Positions 48,166 through 56,255 of a stretch of DNA of 64,000 bases are shown piece by piece. A program made the translations under genes and the position numbers. Source of the stretch: Verrucomicrobiota bacterium (GTDB lineage Bacteria; Verrucomicrobiota; Verrucomicrobiia; Verrucomicrobiales; V1-33); the NCBI GenBank assembly GCA_003402705.1, contig QQNF01000007.1:31558-95557 (forward strand), given 5' to 3'. The notes under the pieces were generated by a model. That model had not been told where the DNA came from. It did no database searches and was given only the letters and a program-made list of their open reading frames with translations. Within the stretch, counting starts at the first letter, position 1. Each line of letters starts with the position of its first letter.

Positions 48166-49106
48166 CGCCTCCGTCTGAAGCACAGCAGCAACCCAGCGAT
48201 GGTGAGCGATGCAGTATGCGGCTCGGGGATGACGCCATGGATCCATCCCTGCAGGGACGATGTCCGCATCAGGTATCCAGTGTCTCCGTACCCGCTGCCG
48301 TAAAGGTTTCCGGGTTCAGTGGGATTCACGCCCCATGAGACGATGCCAACCAGTTCCGGGCCGTTGCCGAAGTCTGCAAAGGCCGGGCCGCCGCTGTCCC
48401 CCGGTGCGGAGGTTCCTTCCACGCCTGTAGGCAAGCTGGAACTCCCACTGCCCGCGATGCTGCTGTTTCCAGCCACCGGCACTCCGAACGCATCGAAGGC
48501 TGCCACCACCGCGAGGCTGTTTCTGGCAGTCTGGCCGTTGTCGAAGTCGTACACGAGGAGACCACCAGGGCCGTCGGGACCGTTCAGCGAGATCACGCGA
48601 TCGATGGTGTTCGTGAAGCCGAAGACCGTTGCACTGCCGTTGAGATCCGAGACTCCGCCTGCGGCCCCCGCCAGTCCGGTTCCGAGAACGGTGACGGTGA
48701 GGCCGTACTCAGCGTTTCCGGCATACAGCCTTGTGGAACCAAATCCTGCCACGGGCTGCGCCAGCCTCACCAAGTCCGCGTCCCAGCCCTGCTGCGCCGA
48801 AAAGCTGCCGTCCCAGCCCGGGTGCTGAACCCACGACTCAGCCTCATGCCGCTGGCCGTTGATGGAGAAGGAAAGGCGTGTCACCGCGTCGGCATCCCAG
48901 TTGTGCGCCGCCGTCAACACCCAGCGGTCACTGAGGAGCACGCCGGTGCCGCGATAGCTGCCGCTGGTTTCCACGATCTCCAACGTGCCCACTCCCCCGA
49001 ATGTCTGCCCGAGCAGTCGCGATGCCTCGAGATCCGGCAAACCGATAACCACGGCACCGGCCGTCGATGGCCAGAGGAGCGCCAGAAAGGCAGCGAAAGT
49101 CACCAT
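48063..49106 (-). CDS. Secreted trypsin-like (S1) serine protease with a PEP-CTERM anchor
   Basis: Internal ATG at 49106 gives the signal peptide MVTFAAFLALLWPSTAGA. Catalytic-triad contexts WVLTAAHNW and GDSGGPAF. C-terminal VIPEPHTASLTIAGLLLCFRRRR. It is in the same frame as the RT, with no stop between them. Confidence 0.7.
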   Translation of the reverse strand: MVTFAAFLALLWPSTAGAVVIGLPDLEASRLLGQTFGGVGTLEIVETSGSYRGTGVLLSDRWVLTAAHNWDADAVTRLSFSINGQRHEAESWVQHPGWDGSFSAQQGWDADLVRLAQPVAGFGSTRLYAGNAEYGLTVTVLGTGLAGAAGGVSDLNGSATVFGFTNTIDRVISLNGPDGPGGLLVYDFDNGQTARNSLAVVAAFDAFGVPVAGNSSIAGSGSSSLPTGVEGTSAPGDSGGPAFADFGNGPELVGIVSWGVNPTEPGNLYGSGYGDTGYLMRTSSLQGWIHGVIPEPHTASLTIAGLLLCFRRRRQEDFPASEPAGEPPQTGSGVDSRFHTKPRRLQC

Positions 49107-50393
49107 CCACCCGCCCGGAGCCTTCGACCCCGGATCCACGGGACTACCAGCGCCGGACGGGCGCGTTGTGGTTTTGTCGCCTCCGGAAACCGGAGACGAG
49201 CGGGACGGCGGCCGGTTCAGTCCCATGCTCATCGCGGGAGCATCCACCCCCGTTGGTCTGAGCTGCGAGCCAGACGGAACCCGATGTTGTTGTTCGTGTT
49301 CGCCGGGGTGTTGTTGTTGCGGTTCGCGGCGCGGCAGTTGTTCGCGTTGTTGTTCCAACTGCCGCCCCGGTTCACCCGGTTCGTGCCCGATGGCCGCCGA
49401 CCGGAGTTTCTCCATCACGCCCCGCCGGAAGCCGTGCGAGCGCACCGGCAGGACGAAGGCCGTGAACGCGGTGAGACGCTCTTGCAGGGCCTTTGCGGAA
49501 ATCATGTCGTCCTCGTACAGGGCATCCAGTAGACGCAGCTTGCGCCAATAGCGGACCTTGCTGCGGCGGTTGAGTTCCGCATGGTTGGGAAAAATCCGGT
49601 AGCCGAGGAAATCCATGCCGCGCCCGGTGGGTTGCGGGCATGGCGGGTGCTTGAGCGCGAGACCCAGTTCCTGTTCCACGAAGGTTTGGATTTCCTTGCC
49701 CAGCATGGTCATTGCCGCCTTGTCGTCTCCCCAGCAGACAAAGTCGTCCATGTAACGGCAATACGCCTTCACCACCGGGTGTTTCTGGCAAAATCGATCC
49801 AGCGGACCAAGGTAGAAATTCGCCAGATGCTGGCTGGTCAGGCTGCCGATGGGCAGGCCCTTGCCCTCCTCCGGACGATGACCACGCAGGATTTTCTCCA
49901 GCCAATGAAGAATCTCCGGGTCTTTGAACAACCGGTGCAGCCTCGAAATCAGGCGTTCCTGCGGGATCGACTCGAAATATTTCCGGATGTCCAGCTTGAG
50001 GTGCCACGCCCGGCCACGCGCCGCCTTTTGCGCGGCATCAATGGCTCTGAGCCGTCCCTTGCCCTTGCGGCAGGCATAACTGTGAAAAACCGCCTGCCGC
50101 TCCAGCACCGGTTCACACAAATTCATCAGCGCATGATGGAAGACCCGTTCCACAAAACGAGCCGCGTGGATCGTCCGCTCCTTGGGATCATACACCATGA
50201 ATACGTTGAACTGCCCAGTCTCGAAGCGGCGCCCGATCACTTCCTCGCGCAGGCGATCCAGGCTCCCGTCCAGATCTTCTGCGAAGCGACGCACCTCCTG
50301 CTTGTGCCGCTTGCCGCGTGCCGCCTGATGGAACGCCCGCAGCAGATTCCCCCGCTCGATCACGGCCGGCCACAGGTTGCCGATGCGTTTCAT
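49107..50393 (-). CDS. DGR reverse transcriptase (the reading frame continues without a stop to 48063)
   Basis: [30 protein letters not shown]-terminus, [25 protein letters not shown] (the DGR-type I/LGxxxSQ motif), and the YMDD box in [11 protein letters not shown]. The lower coordinate is arbitrary: it is the codon before the protease Met. Confidence 0.85.
49258..49391 (-). repeat. DGR template repeat (TR)
   Basis: 134-bp match to 51032-51165. In the target frame it reads [41 protein letters not shown] (15 AAC codons). Confidence 0.9.
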
Positions 50394-50857
50394 TTCGCCG
50401 CCTCCTTGCCCGTCAGGCTGGCGAGAAACGCGGCACCGTATTTCTCGATGCGCGCGGCACCCACGCCCGGAATAGATCCCATCGCCGTAAGCGAATCCAC
50501 CTTCCCCGTCACCATTGCTGCGAGTTGCTCGTTGGTGAAAATCGAATAAGCCGGAATAGCCGCTTTCTCCGAGACGGTCTTCCGCAAATCCCGCAGACGC
50601 GCGAATACGGCAAAATCTGCCTCAGTGAGCAGCTCCTTGTAGTCGATCTTGGGTCCGCTGGTGCCGCTCCGCCCTTTGTCCATGACGCCTACAGAGCCAT
50701 CCAGGAACTCGATGCAAAACGCCCAGAACGAGTCCTCACCATTGGCGACGAACTCTTTGCGCACGGACGCAATGCGGCCGCCCCGGAGCAGCTTGTTCAG
50801 CTCCTCCTTGGCATTGCCCTGCCCGTTCGCCGGGATCTGGATGAACTCAAATGGCAT
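50390..50857 (-). CDS. DGR accessory protein with a C-terminal HRDC domain
   Basis: DFAVFARLRDLRKTVSEKAAIPAYSIFTNEQLAAMVTGKVDSLTAMGSIPGVGAARIEKYGAAFLASL fits the HRDC helix pattern. The stop overlaps the RT start (ATGA). Confidence 0.7.
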   Translation of the reverse strand: MPFEFIQIPANGQGNAKEELNKLLRGGRIASVRKEFVANGEDSFWAFCIEFLDGSVGVMDKGRSGTSGPKIDYKELLTEADFAVFARLRDLRKTVSEKAAIPAYSIFTNEQLAAMVTGKVDSLTAMGSIPGVGAARIEKYGAAFLASLTGKEAAK

Positions 50858-50879
50858 AACACATGTTAAAATTTTTCCT

Positions 50880-50892
50880 GGGGCTTCGCCCC
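50880..50892 (-). other. Short GC hairpin between the DGR target and the accessory gene
   Basis: ggggc-ttc-gcccc. It lies 131 nt downstream of the target stop codon and 22 nt upstream of the accessory ATG. Confidence 0.3.
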
Positions 50893-51023
50893 TTTGCTCC
50901 TTTTGCTAATGGGTGTCTTTCGTAGCACCTTCCTGGAGTTGCCGCTCCACTCCCGTCACTTCGTTGCCTGCGGTCGTCCCTCCCTTGGCTACTCCGTTCC
51001 GTTCGCTCCGCCACCGGCTGTTC

Positions 51024-52229
51024 CTAGGGGACTGAACTGCGAGCCAGACGGAACCCGAAGTTGATGTACGTGAACGCCGGGGAGTCGTAGGAGCGGATCG
51101 CGGCGCGGCAGTTGCCCGCGTAGTTGAACCAACTGCCGCCCCGGAGCACCCGGTCCGTGCCCGAGGCAGCACCCCGTGGATCGATAGCTCCGCTCACATA
51201 CGTCGATGCTCCATACCAATCCCAGCACCACTCCCAGACATTCCCCGCCATGTCATACAAGCCATACCCGTTGGCCGCAAAACTTCCCACGGGTGATGTG
51301 TAAGGGAATTCTCCCACCCTGTAGCTGGGGTGGTAACCGTTCACCGCCCCACTTGAATCGTAGCTCCAGCCGCTATAAGCACGATAGTTGGCCTGACTAT
51401 GGCTGATCGTGTCCAAGCCCGAGGGGAATCGTTTCCCGCTCACTCCGCCGCGCGCTGCTTTTTCCCACTCGGCCTCCGTCGGCAGCCGATAGCCATTCGC
51501 ACTCCAGTTCGCCGTCGGCACCGAAGTCCCCGTCCTCATCACAGCGGCGCTAACCGTGTAAACCGGAGTCAGCCCGTCTCTCTGGCTGCGCGCATTGCAC
51601 CACTTCACCATGTCAAACCAACGGATCTCCTGCACCGGGTGATTGCTCGCCTTGCCGCCTCCTTCCGCGAGATCCGTGTAGCCATTGGCGGCACCCCAAG
51701 TCCGCACCTCATCCCACAGGGCTTTCGTCACTTCGTATTGCCCCATGAAAAAGGCGCTCACCGTCACCGTCACAGGTGGAGCATTGCTATCCGTGTCGCC
51801 GCTGGTGCGTCCCATCATGAAGGCGCCCGCGGGGATGAACGAAAAGCCTTCGGGGACTCCTGTCGGTGTATCGAGCGCAAGCCGATAGAACCGCCGGGGC
51901 ACTCCGGCGGCGTGAGGGGTGGTGATCACAAGGTTGTTCCCGTCCCCAATGACTACGCTGCCAACATCCTGCCACGTTCCACCCTCCAACGTGTCTGCAT
52001 ACTGGAGCAGGTAGCTGCGGCCCACGACCGATGGCTGGACCGTGAAATTCAGGTTCCCACCAACAATTTCAAGTTTCGGCGCAACCAACTCCCCCGGCGC
52101 GATCGGCTCCGCACCCGTCGCAAAAACCGTCAGCGCCGCAAAAAGGGAAACCACCAGCGGACCGAGCCGGCGACGACCAGGCTCTAGGAGGCTTCTGAGT
52201 TGGGCGTAAGGTTTCGGATGCGCTCTCAT
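51024..52229 (-). CDS. DGR variable protein: signal peptide + beta-sandwich region + FGE-sulfatase/C-type-lectin-fold domain
   Basis: FIPAGAFMMGR, YRLPTEAEWEKAARGG, DMAGNVWEWCWDWY, and the C-terminal variable segment RVLRGGSWFNYAGNCRAAIRSYDSPAFTYINFGFRLARS. ATG at 52229; the track TTG start is 52250. Confidence 0.9.
   Translation of the reverse strand: MRAHPKPYAQLRSLLEPGRRRLGPLVVSLFAALTVFATGAEPIAPGELVAPKLEIVGGNLNFTVQPSVVGRSYLLQYADTLEGGTWQDVGSVVIGDGNNLVITTPHAAGVPRRFYRLALDTPTGVPEGFSFIPAGAFMMGRTSGDTDSNAPPVTVTVSAFFMGQYEVTKALWDEVRTWGAANGYTDLAEGGGKASNHPVQEIRWFDMVKWCNARSQRDGLTPVYTVSAAVMRTGTSVPTANWSANGYRLPTEAEWEKAARGGVSGKRFPSGLDTISHSQANYRAYSGWSYDSSGAVNGYHPSYRVGEFPYTSPVGSFAANGYGLYDMAGNVWEWCWDWYGASTYVSGAIDPRGAASGTDRVLRGGSWFNYAGNCRAAIRSYDSPAFTYINFGFRLARSSVP
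51032..51165 (-). repeat. DGR variable repeat (VR) at the 3' end of the target gene
   Basis: Differs from the TR at 19 positions, all of them adenines in the TR coding strand (plus-strand T in the TR versus A/C/G in the VR). One further C/T mismatch sits at the 3' boundary. Confidence 0.9.
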
Positions 52230-52369
52230 GGGTCGGGGGTTCGCAGTCAAATAGCAGGAAGTGAGGAAACCGTTATCGGAAATTTCCCATTTCTTCGTGC
52301 CTTTGGCAGGCGGATTTCGAAAATCCCTTCCCTGAAGCTCTCGTCAATGCAGCCGATTGCCCGCCCCCC

Positions 52370-54070
52370 TCACTTCCCGCCCTTCCCCTTCCACGCCCCC
52401 AGCGGCAGCACATCGCACCGCGCCGCATATTCATCCCACTGCGCCGCCATCGCCTTCACCTTCTCCGGTTGCTCCGCTGCCAGATCCCGCCGCTCGCTGC
52501 GGTCCTTGGCAATATCATACAATTCCCATGGCTTGCCAGCCTTCGCCACTAGCTTCCAGTCGCCATCGCGCACCGCCCGGTTCCCCTCGTGCTCCCAGCA
52601 CAACGGCCGCGCCCGCACTAACATTCCCCCCTTCAGCGCCGGACGGAGGCTGATCCCCTCAAGCGGCTTCAACTCCTGCCCGCCCGCTTTTGCCGGATAA
52701 CTCGTCCCCGCCACATCAAGACACGTTGCCATGATGTCCACAAGATGCCCAGGCGCATGCACCAGCTTGCCCTCCATCTCCCTCGGAATCCCGCTCGGCC
52801 AGTGCACCACTAGCGGCGTACTGATCCCTCCCTCGTGCGTCCAGTGCTTGTACTCGCGAAACGGCGTATTCGAAACCGCCGCCCAAGCCTCGCCATACGC
52901 CACATAAGTGTCCGGCCCGCCCGCCATCACACCCTTCCCCTGCCGCACCGGATAACCATCCCGCGTCTGCTTCGGCGTCAGCTCATCCCGCATCATCGAC
53001 GCACTCTGCACCGGCAGGCTCGGCATCGCCGCCCGCGCTTCCCCTCGCCCCCCGCGCCCGATCCCCTCCGCACATCCTCCATTGTCCTGAAGATAACAAA
53101 TCAGCGTGTTCTCCAGCACCCCCGTCTCCCGCAACGCCTCTACCAATCGCCCGATCCCCCGGTCCATCGCCGCAATCATCGCCGCGTACACCTCCATGTT
53201 CCGCCGGTCCCACGCCTCGAACTCCGTCCCCGTCTCCCCGCGCGGTAGCGGCATCAATCCCGTCGATTCCCGACTCACCACCCCCAATTCCACCATCCTC
53301 TCGTAACGCGCCCGCCGCACCGCCTCATACCCGCCGTCATACTTCCCCCGCATCGCAGCAATGTCCGCCTCCCGCGCGTGCATCGGCCAGTGCGCCGCGG
53401 TGAACGCAGCATACAGAAAAAACGGCTGCTCAGCGTGCGCCGCATGGTGCTCCCGCACATACCGCACCGCATGGTCCGCAATCGCATCCGTATAATAATA
53501 AGGTTCCGCCGGCTCATACCCCGGATCCGCAAACGCCGAGACCCGCTCGTCATCCCGCACCAGATACGCCGGATCCCAGAAGCTCCCCGCGCCAATGATC
53601 GTCCCGTAAAACCGGTCAAACCCCCGCTGCCGCGGCCAATTCCCCCGATCCGCCTCAACACCCGCCGCCGGCAGCTTCGTCACATGCCACTTCCCCGCCA
53701 TATAAGTCCGGTAACCTCCCGGCCTCAACGCCTCCGCAATCGTCACACACCGCCGACCCAACTCCCCACGATACCCGTCGTGCCCCCGATCATCCGTCAT
53801 GTGCCCCACTCCCGCTTGGTGCGGATACAACCCAGTCAGCAGGCTCGCCCGAGTCGGGCAACACCGCGCCCCATTGTAAAACTGCGTGAACCTCACCCCC
53901 TTCGCCGCCAACCCGTCCAGCACCGGCGTCCCCACCTCTCCCCCGTAGCACCCCAGATCCGAGAAACCCATGTCGTCACTCAGCACGACCACAATGTTCG
54001 GCCTCCCTCCCGCTCCCTCCACCGAATCACTCATCAAAATCACCGCCGCCAGCATCGCAATCATCTTCAT
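52370..54070 (-). CDS. Arylsulfatase (Cys-type, formylglycine-dependent)
   Basis: PNIVVVLSDDMGFSDLGCYGG and the CxPxR maturation motif in ARCCPTRASLLTG. Signal peptide from ATG 54070; the track start is 54127. Confidence 0.9.
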   Translation of the reverse strand: MKMIAMLAAVILMSDSVEGAGGRPNIVVVLSDDMGFSDLGCYGGEVGTPVLDGLAAKGVRFTQFYNGARCCPTRASLLTGLYPHQAGVGHMTDDRGHDGYRGELGRRCVTIAEALRPGGYRTYMAGKWHVTKLPAAGVEADRGNWPRQRGFDRFYGTIIGAGSFWDPAYLVRDDERVSAFADPGYEPAEPYYYTDAIADHAVRYVREHHAAHAEQPFFLYAAFTAAHWPMHAREADIAAMRGKYDGGYEAVRRARYERMVELGVVSRESTGLMPLPRGETGTEFEAWDRRNMEVYAAMIAAMDRGIGRLVEALRETGVLENTLICYLQDNGGCAEGIGRGGRGEARAAMPSLPVQSASMMRDELTPKQTRDGYPVRQGKGVMAGGPDTYVAYGEAWAAVSNTPFREYKHWTHEGGISTPLVVHWPSGIPREMEGKLVHAPGHLVDIMATCLDVAGTSYPAKAGGQELKPLEGISLRPALKGGMLVRARPLCWEHEGNRAVRDGDWKLVAKAGKPWELYDIAKDRSERRDLAAEQPEKVKAMAAQWDEYAARCDVLPLGAWKGKGGK

Positions 54071-54637
54071 GCCGCCCACCTTGCCCGCCCCATCCCTCCC
54101 CGCAAACTGCGGATTTGCGGATCCCAATCCCCCTCATCGAACATTCAGCCACCGCCACAAACAAGACAGCACCCCCACCCATCCCCTCATGGTGAATAAC
54201 TTTGGGAACACACCCCATTTTCCCGCTCCCAACCCCGAAGCGCTCCCGGGAAAACCTTCTCTTCACCACCCACCCTTCCACCCCATGGTGAATAACTCGC
54301 ACCGCCCGTCACCCCTCCTCATTCCCCCTCCGTCAACCCGAATCACGCTCGGATTTTCCCGGATCTCCCCTTTAGTTCAGTTTTCTTAGATATATTCCCG
54401 GCCTCCCCAACCTCTCCCTCCCGCTCCCCTCCACTCCTTCCCTACCCCACTCCACTTCATGAACAATCCATGAATTCCTCCGGAAACCACGCATCCCTTC
54501 CCCGCATCCTGACCAATTGTGAATAAGCTGGGGAAAACCCGCGAATCAACTAGCCTCCACCCCCGCCGCACGCATGTTCCACGGGCGTTCCCCGGCTTTG
54601 CCCTTGCCGCTCTCCCCCGCACCGCTCAGGAGCCTCC

Positions 54638-55783
54638 ATGTTCACTCTCCTCCAGACCGATCCGCACAGCCGCGCCCGACGCGGGCGGCTCCAGTTGCCG
54701 CACGGGGTGGTGGAAACCCCGGTCTTCATGCCCGTCGGCACCCAGGGAGCCGTCAAAGCCGTCTCCCCCGACGAACTCGAATCCCTCGGTGCCCAGATCA
54801 TCCTCGGCAACACCTACCACCTCAACCTCCGCCCAGGCTGCGACGTCCTCCGCAACTTCGGCGGTCTCCACGCCTTCGCCGCATGGAACCGCCCGCTCCT
54901 CACCGACAGCGGCGGCTTCCAGGTCTTCTCTCTCGCCAAACTCCGCAAAATCACCGAAGCCGGCGTCCACTTCCAAAGCCACCTCGACGGCTCCAAACGC
55001 TTCCTCGGCCCCGAAGAAAGCATGGAAATCCAGGCCGTCCTCGGCTCCGACATCGCCATGCTCTTCGACGACTGCCCGCCATGGCCAGTCTCCGAACCCG
55101 ACGCCTCCAAAAGCCTCGACCTCACCCTCCGCTGGGCCCTCCGCTGCCGCGACTGGGTCGAAAAACACCAACCCCAGGCCGGCGGCAACACCGGTCGCCA
55201 ACTCCACTTCGGCATCGTCCAGGGCAGCGTCTACCCCCAACTCCGCGAACGCGCCGCCAAATCCCTCGCCGCCATGGAATGGGACGGCTACGCCATCGGC
55301 GGCGTCAGCGTCGGCGAACCCGAACCCGAAATGATGTCCGCCATCGATCACGCCGAACCCCACCTCCCCGCCCACAAACCCCGCTACGCCATGGGCCTCG
55401 GCACGCCCCCACAGATCCTCCACCTCATCGCCCGCGGAGTCGACATGTTCGACTGCGTCATCCCCACCCGCCTCGCCCGCCACGGCTCCGCCTTCACCCG
55501 CCACGGCCAGATCAATCTCAAAAACCAGAAGTACACTCTCGACCACCGACCCATCGAAGAAGGCTGCACCTGCCCCGCTTGCTCCCGATTCAGCCGCGCT
55601 TACGTCCGCCACCTCTTCCGCTCCGGGGAAATCCTGGGTTTAAGGTTGATTTGTCTGCACAATCTGCATTTCTACCTGTCCCTCGCGCGCCGCGCCCAGG
55701 AGGAAATCGAAGCGGGTACGTTTTCGGACTTCCGCGCGGCCTTCGTCGCGGAATACCTTTCTCCTCCTCCAGATTCTCTCTAG
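54638..55783 (+). CDS. tgt: Queuine tRNA-ribosyltransferase
   Basis: ETPVFMPVGTQGAVK, ILGNTYHL, LTDSGGFQVFSL, and the zinc site CTCPACSRFSRAYVRHL. Confidence 0.95.
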   Translation: MFTLLQTDPHSRARRGRLQLPHGVVETPVFMPVGTQGAVKAVSPDELESLGAQIILGNTYHLNLRPGCDVLRNFGGLHAFAAWNRPLLTDSGGFQVFSLAKLRKITEAGVHFQSHLDGSKRFLGPEESMEIQAVLGSDIAMLFDDCPPWPVSEPDASKSLDLTLRWALRCRDWVEKHQPQAGGNTGRQLHFGIVQGSVYPQLRERAAKSLAAMEWDGYAIGGVSVGEPEPEMMSAIDHAEPHLPAHKPRYAMGLGTPPQILHLIARGVDMFDCVIPTRLARHGSAFTRHGQINLKNQKYTLDHRPIEEGCTCPACSRFSRAYVRHLFRSGEILGLRLICLHNLHFYLSLARRAQEEIEAGTFSDFRAAFVAEYLSPPPDSL

Positions 55784-55789
55784 TCCTCC

Positions 55790-56152
55790 ATGATTTCCTC
55801 ATCTTCTCTCGCCGCCCACCTCTTCTTCGCTCAGCAGGACGCCGCCCAAGGCGGCGGCATCGCCCAGATGGCCATGCCCGTCCTCCTCATCGTCCTCTTC
55901 TACTTCATGCTCATCAGGCCCCAGCGCCGTCAGCAGAAGGAACATCAGGCCAAACTCGCCGCCCTCAAAAGCGGTGACGAAGTCATCGCCGCCGGCGGCA
56001 TCTACGGGCTCGTCACCAATATCAATGACCGGGTCGTCACCCTCAAAATCGCCGACGGGGTCAAAATCCGCGTCGACAAAAACTCGGTCCTCTCCGTCCT
56101 CAAAGCCTCCGACGAACCAGCCGACGCCGCAAAATCAGACGCAGCCGCCTGA
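55790..56152 (+). CDS. yajC: Preprotein translocase subunit YajC
   Basis: LIVLFYFMLIRPQRRQQKEHQAKLAALKSGDEVIAAGGIYGLV. Confidence 0.85.
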   Translation: MISSSSLAAHLFFAQQDAAQGGGIAQMAMPVLLIVLFYFMLIRPQRRQQKEHQAKLAALKSGDEVIAAGGIYGLVTNINDRVVTLKIADGVKIRVDKNSVLSVLKASDEPADAAKSDAAA

Positions 56153-56255
56153 TCTTCATTGCCTTCAGTCCTGATTAAAAGGACAATTCCGCCCCCGCTG
56201 GCCGCTCTCATCGACCGCCCCGCACCTTTCCTTTACCCCCTCACGATCCGCTCTC

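Larger units (their letters stand above)
49258..52229 (-). mobile_element. Diversity-generating retroelement cassette (target/VR - HRDC accessory - RT - TR)
   Basis: All canonical parts are present and co-oriented on the minus strand. Confidence 0.85.

Noticed and set aside
49107-50393. Reverse transcriptase as a retron or group II intron RT
   Set aside because: A TR/VR pair with adenine-specific mismatches and the IGxxxSQ motif identify it as a DGR RT. No intron RNA domains, maturase/En domains or msr/msd-like inverted repeats were seen.
50880-50892. Hairpin as the DGR homing cruciform
   Set aside because: It lies ~140 nt from the VR end, whereas in the Bordetella phage DGR (as I recall) the functional hairpin immediately follows the VR. 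It is retained only as a low-confidence structural feature.
51024-54070. The FGE-domain protein as the formylglycine-generating maturase for the adjacent Cys-type sulfatase
   Set aside because: The FGE-like domain ends in the DGR variable repeat (RGGSW..NCR) and has a single Cys there. Catalytic FGEs have a paired-Cys motif at this position. It is far more likely a C-type-lectin-fold DGR binding protein, and the adjacency is probably coincidental. A functional link is not strictly excluded.
54574-55977. 467-aa plus-strand and 328-aa minus-strand ORFs overlapping tgt
   Set aside because: Shadow-frame composition (R/P-rich or G/A/E-rich). The tgt frame has unambiguous family motifs.
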